This document shows, in pieces, positions 1 through 9,843 of a DNA stretch of 23,184 nt. The DNA is from Octopus sinensis (lineage: Eukaryota). Numbering within the stretch: the first letter of the stretch is position 1; each line of letters starts with the position of its first letter. The notes beneath the pieces are model-generated. The model made no database searches. It worked only from the letters and a program-made list of their open reading frames with translations, and had not been told where the DNA came from. The translations under genes were made by a program, and so were the position numbers. The stretch lies in contig NW_021836617.1 in NCBI RefSeq assembly GCF_006345805.1, forward strand, positions 1 to 23,184, in the 5' to 3' direction.

Positions 1-34
1 TATATTATATATATATTTTGTATATATATATATA

Positions 35-78
<44 letters not shown>

Positions 79-142
79 AATATATATATATACAAATACA
101 CACTAATATACATTCATATATATATATATATAACAGAGAGTG

Positions 143-173
<31 letters not shown>

Positions 174-240
174 AGGAAGGAAGGAAGGAAAGAAAGAAAG
201 AAAGGAAGAAAGAAAGAAAGGAAAGAAAGGAAAGAGAAAG
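1..240. repeat. (TA)n tract followed by (GAAA/GGAA)n purine tract
   Basis: Direct: TA repeats about 1-130, GAAA/GAAG repeats about 143-240. Confidence 0.95.
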
Positions 241-810
241 TAGAAACTGGTGATGAGAAAGGAAGAGAAAGGAAGAGATTGAGCAAAAGTGCTTTGCTGA
301 GTGGAAACTGAATCGAGTGAAGATAAGTTCGAGTGTAATGGATTGAGTGTAATGGATTGAGTGTCGTCCGTATATCCCGACCGATAACGATAAGGAATTA
401 ATTGATACAGCAATTGACATTTCGCAAGTGTGCGCAATATTGGAAACTACTTTTAAACTGTCAGTCATAAATTCTGTTTTCTACACAAAAAAAAAAAACA
501 CACAGAAAAGAAGAAAAGAAAAACAAAAACAAAAAAAGCTCATACGAATTATACACGCAAAAACAAGTCAACACGCCACGCGTAACCGCGGTCATAGCAA
601 ATAAGGGGTCGAGCGAGGGGAGGGATCGATACGGTTTGTGATCTATGATAATACACAAAGTGATTGGAGAAGCGTTATACATTCGCTCACACACACACAT
701 ACGCAGACACAGACACATACACATACACACAGACACACGCACCGCACTCACGAGGATATGAATATATGAGTATATAAGAGCAGACCAGTAAACGTTGTGT
801 GTGATCTGAA

Positions 811-815
<5 letters not shown>

Positions 816-849
<34 letters not shown>

Positions 850-1088
850 CACCTCCATCCATCCATCCATCCATCCATCCATCCATACATACATACATAC
901 ATACACGCATACATACATACATACATACATACATACATACATACATACATACATACATACATACATTCATACATACATACATACATACATACATACATAA
1001 CATACATATATTTTAAATATATATATCTTATATACTTTTAATATATCTACATATTACAACATTATATACACCTCCATCCATCCATACA

Positions 1089-1122
<34 letters not shown>

Positions 1123-1152
1123 CACGCATACATACATACATACATACATACA

Positions 1153-1185
<33 letters not shown>

Positions 1186-1245
1186 TTTAAATATATATAT
1201 CTTATATACTTTTTTATATATATCTACATATTACAGCATTATACA
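816..1245. repeat. Composite microsatellite (TA)n-(CCAT)n-(ACAT)n plus a unique AT-rich spacer, present as two tandem units
   Basis: The block acacctccatccatcc...(ACAT)n...tatattttaaatatatatatcttatatact...atatatctacatattaca occurs twice (about 850-1068 and about 1069-1245). Confidence 0.85.
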
Positions 1246-1377
1246 CGCAGCATACACACATGACAAGCGCACACAGATACGTACACACGTATGTATATAT
1301 ATATATATACACGTGCTTACATTAATACATATGTATATAAAAAAAAAATTTGAAACATAACGTCGAAACGCCCCACG

Positions 1378-2355
1378 ATGTCTTCTAACGAGACGGACTC
1401 GATGGAGGTCTATGCGAACCCGAACTGGATCCATTTGACAATAATGATTGCCGTGACGGTCCTAATTTTGTTGTCGTCTCTCTTCACTCTGGCCGTCATC
1501 GTTTACTCCAACGGTTACCGGTCATTACAGGGCATTTTCATGATCTGTATAGCTTCGTCTAATTTATTGGTCGGCCTTTTGGTCACACCCGTCGGCATAT
1601 TTCTCTCGCAAAACCCGGACAGTCGAACGATCGAGAAGATTTGTCCCGTGTCCTGCATCACCCTCCTCTGGACTGTCACCTTCGTTCTCTACTGCATCGG
1701 CTTCATGGCCCTGGAAAAGTACTTCAAAATCAAGTTATCCATCAACTACGTGAACCGGATTCGACCCCTCTACGGTTGGATTGTAGCTTGTCTGACAGCC
1801 GTCGGCAGTGCCGTCGTCGTCGCCCTCCCGATATGGATCGAAGGTCCTGAAAACTTCCGTATTTACTCTGACACCAGTTTTCTGTGCATCTTCAGCTACA
1901 GAGGCTTGGGCTACATTTCCACACCGGCCATCCTACTTAATATCGGCTCGCATTTGGCCCTCGGCCAGCTCGTGCGTCACATCAAGCGAAACCTCAACCA
2001 AATGTGTCCGTCGATGCCTCGCCGACTCAACCGCGACCTGACGGCGGCGAAAACCATTTCCATTTCACTCGGGATTTTTCTCTGCTCCTATATTCCTGCT
2101 ACAGTCTGTATCTTCTTACGACAATACACTGTCGTGGACATACCAAAATCAGTGTTTTTCGGAGTCACTTGGTTGACGATCTCAAACAATTTCTTTATTT
2201 CCATCCTGTATTATCAACACAACAGTGTGTTCCGGTACAAGGCCCAGAAACTGATTCAAGTTATGTGTAATCCTTGCCAGTCGTTGTTCTGCAGCAAAAC
2301 AAACTTTAAAGGACTCTGGACATTAACTGACGTCAATGACCAACTAAGTCTATAA
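1378..2355 (+). CDS. Intronless orphan class A (rhodopsin-like) 7TM GPCR, 325 aa
   Basis: Uninterrupted ORF, more GC-rich than its flanks. It has seven hydrophobic segments, an N-glycosylation sequon N4-E-T, TM2 IASSNLLVGLLVTP, C89 (3.25) with ECL2 C170, EKY at the DRY position, TM4 LP, TM6 AAKT...FLCSYIP, TM7 SNNFFISILY, helix 8 NSVFR, and C-tail cysteines. Motif spacings match class A numbering. Confidence 0.9.
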   Translation: MSSNETDSMEVYANPNWIHLTIMIAVTVLILLSSLFTLAVIVYSNGYRSLQGIFMICIASSNLLVGLLVTPVGIFLSQNPDSRTIEKICPVSCITLLWTVTFVLYCIGFMALEKYFKIKLSINYVNRIRPLYGWIVACLTAVGSAVVVALPIWIEGPENFRIYSDTSFLCIFSYRGLGYISTPAILLNIGSHLALGQLVRHIKRNLNQMCPSMPRRLNRDLTAAKTISISLGIFLCSYIPATVCIFLRQYTVVDIPKSVFFGVTWLTISNNFFISILYYQHNSVFRYKAQKLIQVMCNPCQSLFCSKTNFKGLWTLTDVNDQLSL

Positions 2356-2524
2356 CCATTAGGTATTTATTTATTATAATTATTATAACAACTTTCATTG
2401 AACACGCCAAATATCCACCCATCAACCACCCCAAATTCATTCTCCTAAGTTGTGTTGATAAGACATATAACACTGAGTTCACTTCCACCAACAATGTGCC
2501 TGTGTCCTTTAGACATCTTTGATT

Positions 2525-2933
2525 GGCGAGCTGGCAGAAACGTTAGCACGCCGGGCGAGATGCGTAGCCGTATTTCGTCTGCCGTTACGTTCTGAGATCA
2601 AATTCCGCCGCCGAGGTCGACTTGCCTTTCATTCTTCCTTCGGTCGATTAAATAAGTACCAGTTACGCACTGGGGTCGATATTATCGACTTAACCCATTT
2701 GTCTGTCCTTGTTTGTCTCCTCTGTGTTTAGCCCCTTGTGGATAATAAAGAAATAGGTATTTCGTCTGCCGTTACGTTCTGAGTTCAAATTCCGCCGAGG
2801 TCGACTTTGCCTTTCATCCTTTCGGGGTCGATTAAATCAGTACGCACTGGGGTCGATATAATCGACTTAATCCGTTTGTCTGTCCTTGTTTGTCTCCTCT
2901 GTGTTTAGCCCCTTGTGGGCAATAAAGAAATAG
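2525..2933 (+). mobile_element. tRNA-derived SINE family A, dimer (full copy plus a head-truncated about 180-bp unit)
   Basis: A-box-like tggcagaaacgttagc and B-box-like gagttcaaattcc. The unit gtatttcgtctgcc...aaagaaatag is repeated (2757-2933). The same sequence recurs at five other loci in the window. Confidence 0.9.
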
Positions 2934-3116
2934 ATTAAATGAAATTTAAAATCGTTATCATGATTTTTGTGTCATTGAATACAATATATGTCATTACATT
3001 TGTTAAAAATTAACTTGTTCTTCTTCCAGGGTCGAGTTCGAAAAAAAAAATCAATATATCAGTCAAGTTTTAGGGAGAAACGCGTTCGTCTTAATCAAAA
3101 TATGCGCCATTGCATA

Positions 3117-3332
3117 CTCTTTTACTTGTTTCGGTCATTTGACTGCGGCCATGCTGGAGCACCGCCTTTAGTCGAGCAACTCGACCCCGGGACTTATTCT
3201 TTTTGTAAGTCCGTACTTATTCTATCGGTCTCTTTTTGCGAACCGCTAAGTGACGGGGACGTAAACACACCAAGCCATCGGTTGTCAAGCAATGCTATAG
3301 GGGAACAAACACAGACACAACAACCCACATAC

Positions 3333-3383
<51 letters not shown>

Positions 3384-3570
3384 TAATATATATATATATA
3401 CATATATACGACGGGCTTCTTTCAGTTTCTGTCTACCAAATCCACTCACAAGGCATTGGTCAGCCGGGGCTATAGCAGAAGATACTTGCCCAAGGTGCCA
3501 CGCAGTGGGACTGAACCCGGAACTATGAGGTAGGTTAGCAAGCTACTTACCACACAGCCAATCCTGCGCC
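3117..3570 (-). mobile_element. tRNA-derived SINE family B, near full length, with internal (TA)n microsatellite
   Basis: The minus strand reads ggcgcaggattggctgtgtggtaag...ccgggttcagtccc (A/B boxes), then accttgggcaagt, internal (TA)n, and tail ...tgctccagcatggccgcagtcaaatgaccgaaacaagtaaaagag. Possible 7-bp TSD ttgcata (3110)/ttacata (3571). Homologous to 6559-6905, 9844-10017, 10952-11117 and 13315-13636. Confidence 0.9.
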
Positions 3571-3871
3571 TTACATAGAGATTTTTATATTTTTTGTTTG
3601 ACAGTGTTAAGCGAACTTCTACACAACCACCAGGGGCATTCTCCTTTTCCTGATGTGTGTGTGTGTGTGTGTGCGCACGCGCAGTTAAGTCTTTTAATAA
3701 GTCTTTTAAATAATTTTCCAGTTCTACAGTCGTCACTATGTATATCAAAGCTTGTCTTCTTCACTGAATGCATGTACAAAGAGGGGTGGTGGGGTGTATC
3801 CTTTTTATATCTTCAAAAACTTCATCGACATTTAGCCTGGCGTGCTAAACGATTTCTGCCAGCTCACAGCC

Positions 3872-3880
3872 ATAATAATA

Positions 3881-3917
<37 letters not shown>

Positions 3918-4640
3918 TAATAATAATACAATAACCATCAGAGCATCAAACAAATCACAGCACATACCCAAGGCACACAGAGCTTGCGCTCGGTAGTGAG
4001 TGAAGCACGCTATAAAAATAAAATTACTGAATAATAATACTATAATATAATAATAATAATAATAAAATAATAATACAATAATAATAATAATAATACAAAT
4101 AACCATCAGAGCATCACACAAATCACAGCACATACCCAAGGCACACAGAGCTGCGCTCGGTAGTGAAGTGAAGCACGCTATAAAATAAAACTACTGAATA
4201 TAATAATAATATAATAATAATATAATACAATACCATCAAGCATCACAACAAATCACAACAAATCATACCCAGGCACACAGAGCTGCGCTCGTAGTGAAGT
4301 GAAAGCACGCTAAAAAATAAACTACTGAATAATAATAATAATAATAATAAATACTAAAGAAAAATAATAATAATAATAAATAAAATAATAATACAATAAC
4401 CATCAGAGCATCACAACAAAATCACAGCACATACCCAAGAAGCCCACAGAGCTGCGCGCTCGGTAGTGAAGTGAAAGCACGCTATAAAAATAAAACTCTG
4501 AATATAATAATATATAATAATAATAATAATAATAAATAATACAATAACCATCAGAGCATCACAACAAATCACAGCACATACCCAAGGCACACAGAGCTGC
4601 AGTCGGTAGTGAAGTGAAAGCACGCTATAAAATAAAACTA

Positions 4641-4674
<34 letters not shown>

Positions 4675-4740
4675 TAATAAAATAATAATAATAATAATAA
4701 TAATAATATAATATAATGATGATAATAACAATAATAATTA

Positions 4741-4775
<35 letters not shown>

Positions 4776-4805
4776 AATAATAATAATAATAATAATAATA
4801 TATTA
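3872..4805 (+). repeat. Tandem array of five copies of the LINE 3'UTR (about 115 bp), each separated by (AAT)n, ending in (GAT)n(AAT)n
   Basis: The unit caataaccatcagagcatcacaacaaatcacagcacatacccaaggcacacagagctgcgctcggtagtgaagtgaaagcacgctataaaataaaactactg starts at about 3929, 4096, 4228, 4394 and 4542. It matches 6437-6540 at the end of the adjacent LINE. Confidence 0.92.
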
Positions 4806-6553
4806 TTTTCTGCTTAGCACTGTCACCTCTATCTGATATGCTAAATAGATGATTGCTGATATAAATGTTACGGCAAAACGATCAGCCACCTTTTATTATG
4901 GATGACCTAAAACTATACGCTGCAAATGACAAACAGCTGGAAACACTATTAAAGACCATTCATGGATTACCAAAGAAATAGATATGAAATTTGGATTAGA
5001 AAAATGCGCCAAAGTAACCATGAAAAAGAGGAAAACTAGTTAAGAGTAACAACATCACACTAGATGACAAATGAAATAAAAGAATTAGACCAAAGCCAAA
5101 CTTACAAATACTTAGAATCCATGAACTAGATAAGACACACACACAACAATGAAAGAGAAATAAAAAGAATATTATAGACGAGTTAGATCAATACTAACAC
5201 AGAGCTCAATGCTAAAACAAGATAATAGGTATCAACACTTTAGCTGTCCCAGTTATAAGTTACAGCTACAATATCCTTAACTGGACACGAAAGAACTGAC
5301 CAAAATAAGAACAGGAAAACAAGAAAAATAATGACAGGATCTAGGATGCATCACCCAAAATCTGACATAGAAAGACTATATATACAACGTATAGAAGGTG
5401 GTAGAGGCTTATACAGCTGGAAAACTACTATAAAAATAACCACCATAGGACTGCAAAAATATCTACTTCAGAAGGAAGGAAAACTGATCCAGATAGCGGC
5501 AAAAACACGAGCAAAACAAAAACTGTTCTCGTATCAGTATTAAGGAAGCTGACAAATACAAACAAGAAATCATACCACCTAATAAACATGAAAAAAGAAG
5601 AAGAAGATAGAAAAACAACAAAAAGCTATAAAAAAATGAAATCCAAACTAAAATAGAACAGCAACGAACCATGATAAAAACGATGGCAAGAAAAGCCCCT
5701 TCATGGTAAATACTGGACTAAACTAAACGCAAAAGAAATAGACAAGAAAATCCCAGCAATGGTTGAGAAGCTCAGGACTCAAAGCAGAAACAGAGGGATT
5801 TTTAATTGCAGCACAAGACCCAAAGCCTCCCACCAGAAATTACAAAAACATGTAATGAAAAGAAATATTACAAGTAACTGCAGAATATGTGGAGATGGAC
5901 AAGAAACAATAAATCATATTATCTCTAGCTGCCCAGTCCTGGTAAGAAGGAATATATTCACAGACTGACAGAGTTGGAACTTACATACATTGGAAGCTAT
6001 GCCAACATTATGGAATAACAACAGAAAAAAGATGGTATAGGCACACACCAGAAAAGGTCACAGAAAACGAGAAAGCAACCATACTCTGGGATATGCCGAT
6101 ACACACAGATAGAGAAATAAGGCCAACAGACCAGATTATAGTTGTCAGAGACCATGAAGAAAAAAAATGCTTTCTAATTGATGTATCAGTACCGGCAGAT
6201 GACAACGTGTCTCTAAAAAATGGAGAAACTCTCAAAATACAAAGACCTTGAAAATAGAGGTAACCAGAATGTGGAATCTGAAAACAGAAACAATTCCTAT
6301 CATAGTAGGTGCATTAGGCATGATAAAAAAATATTCAGACAAATACATAACAAAAACCCAGGACTTACAAACACATACACATACAGAAAATTGCACTACT
6401 AGGCACTGCACACATCCTACGCAGAACACTTTCCATACAATAACCATCAGAGCAATCACAACAAATCCCAGCACATACCCAAGGCACACAGAGCTGCGCT
6501 CGGTAGTGAAGTGAAAGCACGCTATAAAATAAAACTACTGAATAATAATAATA
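4806..6553 (+). mobile_element. 5'-truncated, frameshifted non-LTR retrotransposon with restriction-like endonuclease (R4/Dong-like clade): RT C-terminus, CCHC finger, PD-(D/E)xK endonuclease, 3'UTR, (AAT)n tail
   Basis: Translated fragments across frames: MDDLKLYAAND (RT YxDD motif), MKFGLEKCAKV, RLYIQRIEGGRGL, CRICGDGQETINHIISSCPVL (CCHC), RPD...CFLIDVSVP...KLSKYKDLE (REL endonuclease), IPIIVGALGMI, TLSIQ-stop (TAA at about 6440). Clade assignment rests on recalled motifs. Confidence 0.88.
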
Positions 6554-6558
6554 TAAGT

Positions 6559-6684
6559 CCCCAGGACTTTTCTTTTGTAAGCCTTGTACTTATTCTATCG
6601 CTAAGTTTCGGGGACCGTAAACACACCAGCATCGGTTTGTCAAGCGATGTTGGGAGTACAAACAGACACACAAACATACAACAC

Positions 6685-6743
<59 letters not shown>

Positions 6744-6905
6744 CGACGTGCTTCTTTCAGTTTCCGTCTACCAAATCCACTCACAAGGCTTTGGTCGACC
6801 CGTGCTATAGTAGAAGACACTTGCCCAAGGTGCTATGCACTGGGACTGAACCCGGAACCATGTGGTTGGTGAGCAAGCTGCTTACCACACAGCCACTCCT
6901 GCACC
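6559..6905 (-). mobile_element. SINE family B, 3'-truncated where it abuts the LINE tail
   Basis: Homologous to 3185-3570. It stops at ccccaggac, immediately after the LINE (AAT)n tail. Confidence 0.88.
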
Positions 6906-7001
6906 TTTATTATTAACTTTAGTAAGTGATAGTTAATTTTTTTAAATTTTATTTTTCATTAGAATAACAAAACGGAATGTAAATTGTTACTTTTTATGTC
7001 T

Positions 7002-7748
7002 GGCACTCAATCGCTTACGGTGACGAGGAAAATTAACGTGCTAGTGGCTGAGTACTCCACAGACAGGCGTACCCTTAGCGTAGTTCTCAAGGATATTCAG
7101 TAGGCGGCGAACTGGCAGAATCGTTAGCACGCCGGGCGAAATGCGTAGCCATATTTCGTCTGCCGTTATGTTCTGAGTTCAAATCCCGCCGAGGTCGACT
7201 TTGCCTTTCATCCTTTCGGGGTCGATTAAATAAGTACCAGTTACGCACTGAGGTCGATATAATCGACTTAATCCCTTTGTCTGTCCTTGTTTGTCCTCTC
7301 TGCGTTTAGCCCTTGTGGGTAGTAAAGAAATAGATATTTCGTCTGCCGCTACGTTCTGTGTTCAAATTCCGCCGAGGTCGACTTTGCCTTTCATCCATTC
7401 GGGGTCAATTAAATAAGTACCAGTTACGCACTGAGGTCGATATAATCGACTTAATCCCTGTGTCTGTCCTTGTTTGTCCTCTCTGCGTTTAGCCCCTTGT
7501 GGGTAGTAAAGAAATAGATATTTCGTCTGCCGCTACGTTCTGTGTTCAAATTCCGCCGAGGTCGACTTTGCCTTTCATCCATTCGGAGTCAATTAAATAA
7601 GTACCAGTTACGCACTGAGGTCGATATAATCGACTTAATCCGTTTGTCTGTCCTTGTTTGTCCTCTCTGCGTTTAGCCCCTTATGGATAGTAAAGAAATA
7701 GATATTCAGTATTACACTGAATGTGACAAGTCTGGTCCTTTGAAATAC
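7002..7748 (-). mobile_element. Degraded 3' part of SINE family D, interrupted by a family A insertion (D segments about 7002-7102 and 7701-7748)
   Basis: ggcactcaatcgcttacggtgacgagg...gtggctgagtactccacagac...gatattcag matches the D copies at 12452 and 20843. After the A trimer, the D sequence resumes (ttacactgaatgtgacaagtctggtcctttgaaatac versus gtgacacagagagtgacaaggccggccctttgaaatac). Confidence 0.8.
7103..7700 (+). mobile_element. SINE family A trimer with 11-bp TSD
   Basis: Full head plus 184-bp units at 7334-7517 and 7518-7701. The direct repeat gatattcagta lies at 7092-7102 and 7701-7711. Confidence 0.92.
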
Positions 7749-7754
7749 TGGTGC

Positions 7755-7910
7755 TACCCTCATTTTTTTTTTTTTTTTTGGCAGCTGAGTGAACTGGAAC
7801 AAAGGGGAAATAAAGTGTCTTGCTTAAAGATCCAACGTGCCGCCGGGAATCGAACTCACGAGCTTACGACTGTAAGCCGAATACCCTGACCGCTAAGCCA
7901 CGCACCTTCA
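7755..7910 (-). mobile_element. tRNA-derived SINE family E, 5' part
   Basis: The minus strand reads tgaaggtgcgtggcttagcggtcaggg (A box)...gagttcgattccc (B box)...aagcaagacactttatttc...ccagttcactcagctg. Homologous to 12205-12331. Confidence 0.8.
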
Positions 7911-8104
7911 CTACTCTTGTACACAGGTTTCTTTAAACTTCTCCTTTTTATCTAGATTGTAAATACGGTGAAAGTATTAAATGAACTATTGGGTTATGTA
8001 TTGAATGGCATACGTAAAACTTCTTATTTAACCCATTAAGGCATGTCTTCCGACAGTCAGCAAATACGAAATGTATAAGTTAATGAATAATAATGAAGAA
8101 AAAA

Positions 8105-8251
8105 GCAATAATAAATCTCTGAACGAGATGTAAACAGTAGCTGCACGACAACGTAAAGTATACTAGCCATCTCAATAAGGCTAACCACTAAGGGTGGGTG
8201 TTACTGTAGCTTGTAGCCCCAGGAGAACATCGTCTCCAGCTGGCTTTAGGC
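8105..8251. repeat. Single arm of interspersed repeat family F (see foldback element at 20244-20835)
   Basis: gcaataataaatctctgaacgagatgtaaacag...ccagctggctttaggc matches 20244-20317 plus 20545-20618. Confidence 0.85.
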
Positions 8252-8365
8252 TTTTGTGTGTTTCTTAAATGGCTTACAAACACCTTCCACGCTGCAATTG
8301 TTTGAAAATATACTGACAATTCTAATCAGCGAAGCATATGTTGAGGTTTCCAATTTGGGTAGAAA

Positions 8366-8537
8366 CAGTGCCGTCTTAAGGGGTGGGCACACTGGGAAGT
8401 TTCCCGGGGGCCTCACAGGCCTCGCTGCCTTGTTATGATCTAAGCATGCTGTGGTTTGCTATCAATAAATAAATATAATATGGCCAGTGCATTGCTTTTC
8501 TCGGGCTGGGGCCTATAATGCTTCTAAGGCGGCCCTG
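8366..8537. mobile_element. Old, small hAT-like MITE
   Basis: Imperfect 13-bp TIRs cagtgccgtctta / taaggcggccctg. The flanking 8-mers ggtagaaa / ggtagggc share 5 of 8 bases (decayed TSD). Confidence 0.5.
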
Positions 8538-9126
8538 GGTAGGGCGTTTGCTACAGGTCAACTGGAATTCGTGTTTTAGGTGGGGAATTGACTAATTTCA
8601 AATTTACGTGCTTGTGGAAAAAATTTCTTGTTAACAAAGTTTTTTGTTTTTTTTGCTCTCATGCTCTTTGAAAGTCACTAACACCACTGGGTTTTTGGAT
8701 TTTCTTTTCCTGACTGGCAGATTTGAATTAAGATTTGTGTGTACTTCATTCATTACATCAGCCCTTACCTCATTAATAGACTATGCCAAATACTTTAATT
8801 CGCATACACTGACGGCCAGTATAAATAAGCAATCGTAGACAATTATTTTAACAATCTCGTCTAAATCCTCTTGTAAACAAGTCTTCTCTGTATCCTGAAT
8901 TGTTAAAATAATTTATTGTTCTATAAATAGAATCTTTATTAAAATGGACAACATGTATATCTGAATTGTTAAAGAAGCAGAACAATTTTTTATCAATGAA
9001 TTATATTCTGAGCACACTTAAAATGAAATTCACTATCACAATGTCAGATTGCTGTGTAACAGTGTGCCAACTGTCACCATCTGTTGGACAACTTATCAAA
9101 ATTGTAATCACCAACGTCTTTTCATT

Positions 9127-9667
9127 GTGGGGTCACATGGCCTAGTGGTTAAAGCAGCGGACTCGCGATCGAGGGATCGCGGGTTCGAATCTCAGACCGG
9201 GTGAAGTGTGAGTTTATGAGCGAAAACCCCAAGCTCCACGCGGCTCCGGCAGAAGGTAAAGCCGAACTTCTGCTGACTCTTTCGCCACAACTTTCTCTCA
9301 CTCTTTCCTCCTGCATCTTGCAGTTCACCTGCGACGGACCGCGTCCTGTCCAAGTGGGGAACCTATACGCCAAAAAACCGGGAAACCGGCCCTAATGAGC
9401 CAGGCATGGCTCGAGAAGGAACAAACAGATCAAGGGATCGCGGGTTCGAATTTCAGACCGGGTGAAGTGTAGGTTTATGAGCGAAACACCTACGCTCCAC
9501 GCGGCTCCGGCTTCTGCTGACTCTTTCGCCACGATTTTTTTCTCTCACTCTTTCCTCCTGCATCTAGCAGCTCACCTGTGACGGACCAGCACCCCGTCCA
9601 GGTGTGGATCCTATGCGCCAGTGATACCGGAAAAACCGGCCCTTATGAGCCAGGAATGGATTGAGAA
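9127..9667 (+). mobile_element. tRNA-derived SINE family C, full copy (9127-9427) plus a tandem head-truncated copy (9428-9667)
   Basis: A box tggcctagtggttaa and B box gggttcgaatctc. The second unit restarts at agggatcgcgggttcgaatttc. The head and central region are shared with family D but the tail differs. Confidence 0.85.
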
Positions 9668-9843
9668 TTTCGGCCTGAAATATAATCGTCATTAACTCGA
9701 ATACTGTAAGTTCATTTCAACCTTTATCATTTTTTAAAAATTGTATCTCACAGATAAATACAACTCATACAGCAAAACTAACGGAAAGCTTATATATTTT
9801 ATACATTCTTATCACTTACTCATAGTTTTCAAAATTTTTATCG

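Noticed and set aside
331-364. 14-bp tandem repeat gagtgtaatggatt x2.4
   Set aside because: Too short and isolated; ordinary slippage.
5-1007. ORFs of 67-180 aa near the window start
   Set aside because: They are translations of (TA)n, (GAAA)n and (ACAT)n microsatellites.
1641-2270. Alternative-frame ORFs overlapping the GPCR
   Set aside because: Short, without motifs, and expected by-products of a GC-richer coding region.
3007-3110. Splice-acceptor-like ttaacttgttcttcttccag followed by a basic reading frame (GRVRKKKSIY...)
   Set aside because: No donor site or recognisable protein, and the frame runs into a SINE. It cannot be supported without RNA-seq.
7103-7700. Regular about 184-bp repeats (also 22340-23184 and 3872-4805) as a possible CRISPR-like array
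   Set aside because: There are no unique spacers or cas genes, and the units are SINE or LINE fragments in eukaryotic DNA.
8600-9115. Possible decayed transposase coding sequence on the minus strand
   Set aside because: It has multiple stops and no motif I can identify confidently.
9127-9200. tRNA-like sequence as a real tRNA gene (also 7840-7910 and 13040-13110)
   Set aside because: A and B boxes are present, but no complete acceptor stem or cloverleaf is evident, and each continues into a SINE body.
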